Below, in pieces: positions 59,314 to 64,000 of a DNA stretch of 64,000 nt. Numbering within the stretch: position 1 is the stretch's first letter; the number at the start of each line of letters is the position of its first letter. The notes beneath the pieces are model-generated. The model saw only the letters and a list, made by a program, of their open reading frames with translations, was not told where the DNA came from and did no database searches. Position numbers and translations under genes: made by a program. Source of the stretch: Eledone cirrhosa (lineage: Eukaryota); NCBI GenBank assembly GCA_964016885.1, contig OZ024745.1:11966001-12030000 (forward strand), given 5' to 3'.

Positions 59314-60270
59314 CTAGCAGTAAAGCCCGGCGTTGCTCGGGGTCGCTCAGTAGCTGTGTTAAAGTTACAATGTTAAGTTTCTTTCTTGGCTTAAAAACTG
59401 TAGTGTCTACTGTGCAGACTTGCATGTGGTGTTCTTGATTAATATTCCCTCAACCAACAATATGCCTTATGAAGTTAAGAAAACATAACGATAACCCGAA
59501 TGTTATAACAAAAGAGGATGCTGGGGATAGAAACTGCACTGGTTATTTATTAACAAAGATCGAAAATGTAAACACTGCAACGCAGAGAAAAACATTAGCG
59601 TAACCAAATTATCAGTTATGTCTGTCTGCACGCCTATATCACCTCTCTGCACCACTGTCTGTCTGCACGCCTATATCACCTCTCTGCACGACTGTCTGTC
59701 TGCACGCCTATATCACCTCTCTGCACGACTGTCTGTCTGCACGCCTATATCACCTCTCTGCACGACTGTCTGTCTGCACGCGTATATCATCTCTCTGTAC
59801 GACTGTCTGTCTGCACGACTGTCTGTCTGCACGCCTAACGACGAAATATTTGCTTGTTTTACGTAGTCTTTAAATAGACTTGTTTTCAAGTAAAAATATT
59901 GTTTTAAAATGCTTTTAAATGGAAATGAAGCAAAACGGAAGCTTAGTGTTCGAACTGATGAATTTTGCAGGTCAATATTTTGCTATGTCATTTTAAACGC
60001 TGAGAAAGCCAGCGTAATTTTTTACGTAAGACGCTCAATGTAAACAGACCAAAGGGAAATAACTGATAACTTACGCTCAAAAATCGATACATTATATTCG
60101 ATTTCGTCACATAGGGTGGGTCAATTTGAAATTATTTTTTTTCCAATGTCTTCGCTAGGGCTCAATGTACAAGTATAGCAATTTCGGTGCAATTCCGTGA
60201 GAGATTCTAAGAGGAGATGTGTGCCAAAAATCGATAGACAGACAGACAACCACAGTTTTATATATATAGA
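59314..60270 (-). mobile_element. Non-autonomous Helitron, copy 3
   Basis: Nearly identical to copy 2, including an internal deletion and the flanking microsatellite variants. Confidence 0.9.
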
Positions 60271-60305
60271 TTATATTATATTATATTGTATTATATTATA
60301 TTATA

Positions 60306-61220
60306 CTAGCAGTAAATCCCGGCGTTGCTCGGGGTCGCTCAGTAGCTGTGTTAAAGTTACAATGTTAAGTTTCTTTCTTGGCTTAAAAACTGTAGTGTCT
60401 ACTGTGCAGACTTGCATGTGGTGTTTTTGATTAATATTCCCTCAACCAACAATATGCCTTATGAAGTTAAGAAAACATAACGATAACCCGAATGTTATAA
60501 CAAAAGAGGATGCTGGGGATAGAAACTGCACTGGTTATTTATTAACAAAGATCGAAAATGTAAACACTGCAACGCAGAGAAAAACATTAGCGTAACCAAA
60601 TTATCAGTTATGTCTGTCTGCACGCCTATATCACCTCTCTGCACGACTGTCTGTCTGCACGCCTATATCACCTCTCTGCACGACTATCTGTCTGCACGCG
60701 TATATCACCTCTCTGCACGACTGTCTGTCTGGGCGACTGTCTGTCTGCACGCCTAACGACGAAATATTTGCTTGTTTTACGTAGTCTTTAAATAGACTTG
60801 TTTTCAAGTAAAAATATTGTTTTAAAATGCTTTTAAATGGAAATGAAGCAAAACGAAAGCTTAGTGTTCGAACTGATGAATTTTGCAGGTCAATATTTTG
60901 CTGGCTCGACAACTGTCTGTTCGTGTACTGTGTTAATGTCATTTTAAACGCTGAGAAAGCCAGCGTAATTTTTTACGTAAGACGCTCAATGTAAACAGAA
61001 CAAAGGGAAATAACTGATAACTTACGCTCAAAAATCGATACATTATATTCGATTTCGTCACATAGGGCGGGTCAATTTGAAATTTTTGTTTTCCGACGTC
61101 TTCGCTAGGGCTCAATGTACAAGTATAGCAATTTCGGTGCAATTCCGTGAGAGATTCTAAGAGGAGATGTGTGCCAAAAATCGATAGACAGACAGACAAC
61201 CACCGTTTTATATATATAGA
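60306..61220 (-). mobile_element. Non-autonomous Helitron, copy 4
   Basis: Same TC...CTAG termini and hairpin; intermediate minisatellite copy number. Confidence 0.9.
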
Positions 61221-61605
61221 TTATATTATATTATATTATATCATATTATATTATATTATATTATATTATATTATATTATATTATATTATATTTTATTATA
61301 TTATATTATATTATATCATATTATATTATATCATATCATATTATATTATATTATATTATATTGTATTATATTATATTGTATTGTATTATATTATATTATA
61401 TTATATCATATTATATTATATTATATTAAATTATATTATATCATATTATATTATATTATATCATATTATATTATATTATATTATATTATATTATATTATA
61501 TTATATTATATTATATTATATTATATTATATTATATTATATTATATTATATTATATCATATCATATCATATTATATTATATTATATTATATTATATTATA
61601 TTATA

Positions 61606-62420
61606 CTAGCAGTAAAGCCCGGCGTTGCTCGGGGTCGCTCAGTAGCTGTGTTAAAGTTACAATGTTAAGTTTCTTTTTTGGCTTAAAAACTGTAGTCTCT
61701 ACTGTGCAGACTTGCATGTGGTGTTTTTGATTAATATTCCCTCAACCAACAATATGCCTTATGAAGTTAAGAAAACATAACGATAACCCGAATGTTATAA
61801 CAAAAGAGGATGCTGGGGATAAAAACTGCACTGGTTATTTATTAACAAAGAACGAAAATGTAATCACTGCAACGCAGAGAAAAACATTAGCGTAACCAAA
61901 TTATCAGTTATGTCTGTCTGCACGCCTATATCACCTCTCTGCACGACTGTCTGTCTGCACGCCTGAAATATTTGCTTGTTTTACGTAGTCTTTAAATAGA
62001 CTTGTTTTCAAGCAAAAATATTGTTTTAAAATGCTTTTAAATGGAAATGAAGCAAAACGGAAGCTTAGTGTTCGAACTGATGAATTTTGCAGGTCAATAT
62101 TTTGCTGGCTCGGCAACTGTTCGTGTATTGTGTTAATGTCATTTTAAACGCTGAGAAAGCCAGCGTAATTTTTTACGTAAGACGCTCAATGTAAACAGAA
62201 CAAAGGGAAATAACTGATAACTTACGCTCAAAAATCGATACATTATATTCGATTTGGTCACATAGGGTGGGTCAATTTGAAATACTTTTTTTCCGATGTC
62301 TTCGCTAGGGCTCAATGTACAAGTATAGCAATTTCGGTGCAATTCCGTGAGAGATTCTAAGAGGAGATGTGTGCCAAAAATCGATAGACAGACAGACAAC
62401 CACAGTTTTATATATATAGA
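61606..62420 (-). mobile_element. Non-autonomous Helitron, copy 5
   Basis: Same termini; short minisatellite form, like copy 1. Confidence 0.9.
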
Positions 62421-63964
62421 TTATATTGTATTATATTATATTATATTATATTATATTATATCATATTATATTATATTATATTATATTATATTATATTATA
62501 TTATATTATATTATATTATATTATATTATATTATATTATATTATATCATATTATATTATATTATATTATATTATATTATATTATATTATATTATATTATA
62601 TTATATTATATTGTATTATATTATATTATATTATACTATATCATATTGTATTATATTATATTATATTATATTATATTATATTATATTATATTTTATTATA
62701 TCATATTATATTATATTATATCATATTATATTATATTATATTATATTATATTATATTATATTGTATTATATTATATTATATTATATTATATTATATTATA
62801 TTATATTATATCATATTATATTATATTATATTATATTATATTATATTATATCATATTATATTATATTATATTATATTATATTATATTATATTATATTATA
62901 TTATATTATATTATATTATATTATATCATATTATATTATATCATATTATATTATATTATATCATATTATATTATATCATATTATATTATATTATATTATA
63001 TTATATTATATTATATTATATTATATTACATTATATTATATTGTATTATATTATATTATATTATATTATATTATATTATATCATATAATATTATATTATA
63101 TTATATTATATTATATTATATTTTATTATATTATATTATATTTTATTATATTATATTATATTATATTATATCATATTATATTATATTATATTATATTATA
63201 TTATATTATATTATATTATATTATATTATATTATATTATATTATATTATATTGTATTATATTATATTATATTATATTATATCATAGTATATTATATTATA
63301 TCATATCATATTATATTATATCATATTATATTATATTATATTATATTATATTATATTATATTATATTATATTATATTATATTGTATTATATTATATTATA
63401 TTATATTATATCATATCATATTATATTATATTATATTATATTATATTATATTTTATTATATTATATTATATTATATTATATTATATTATATTATATTATA
63501 TCATATTATATTATATTATATTATATTATATTATATTATATTTTATTATATTATATAATATTAGATTATATTATATTATATTATATCATATGTTATTATT
63601 TTATATTATATTATATTATATTATATTATATTATATTATATTATATTATATTATATTATATTATATTATATTATATCATATTATATTATATTATATTTTA
63701 TTATATTATATTATATTATATCATATTATATTATATTATATTATATTATATTATATTATATTATTATATTATATTATATTATATTATATTATATTATATT
63801 ATATTATATTATATTATATTATATTATATTATATTATATTATATTATATTATATTATATTATATTTAGGAAAAGTAAACAAGATAAAACAATTACCAATT
63901 TACATTTATAGACTTCTACAAGACTAGAACTGTTTCATTCATAAGAAATCATCCTATATATAAA

Positions 63965-64000
63965 ATTGTTTCTACTTTTGGCACAAGGCCAGCACAAACC
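63965..64000 (-). mobile_element. 3' end of a SINE running off the window
   Basis: ATTGTTTCTACTTTTGGCACAAGGCCAGCA is identical to the 3' end of the 12229 SINE. Confidence 0.75.

Larger units (their letters stand above)
54572..63865 (+). repeat. (TATTA)n pentanucleotide tract, interrupted by a SINE and five Helitrons
   Basis: Multi-kb TATTA repetition with TATCA/TATTG variants. Confidence 0.97.

Noticed and set aside
54542-63911. Long YYIIL-repeat ORFs (up to 421 aa)
   Set aside because: They are translations of (TATTA)n, which has no stop codon on this strand.

Overview
AT-rich, microsatellite-dense animal genomic DNA. The SINE and repeat content suggests an octopod cephalopod (inference). 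The only host gene visible is a large minus-strand coding exon of a membrane-anchored copper amine oxidase (AOC1/AOC3-like, 26959-28965); its remaining exons were not found. The rest is repetitive: a ~10.5 kb 67-bp satellite that appears to be amplified from the tRNA-derived head of a SINE; two decayed Naiad-like and two Neptune-like Penelope-like elements (PLEs); a decayed autonomous Helitron with a nested RTE LINE; a tandem run of five non-autonomous Helitrons in a (TATTA)n tract; R4/Dong-, CRE- and RTE-like LINE fragments; and several SINEs. The most striking pattern is a set of fold-back (inverted-repeat) elements from several unrelated families, mostly bounded by (TA)n tracts, most of which carry outward-facing minimal type I hammerhead ribozyme motifs. 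A duplicated non-autonomous RTE-like element also has an HDV-like pseudoknot topology at its 5' end.
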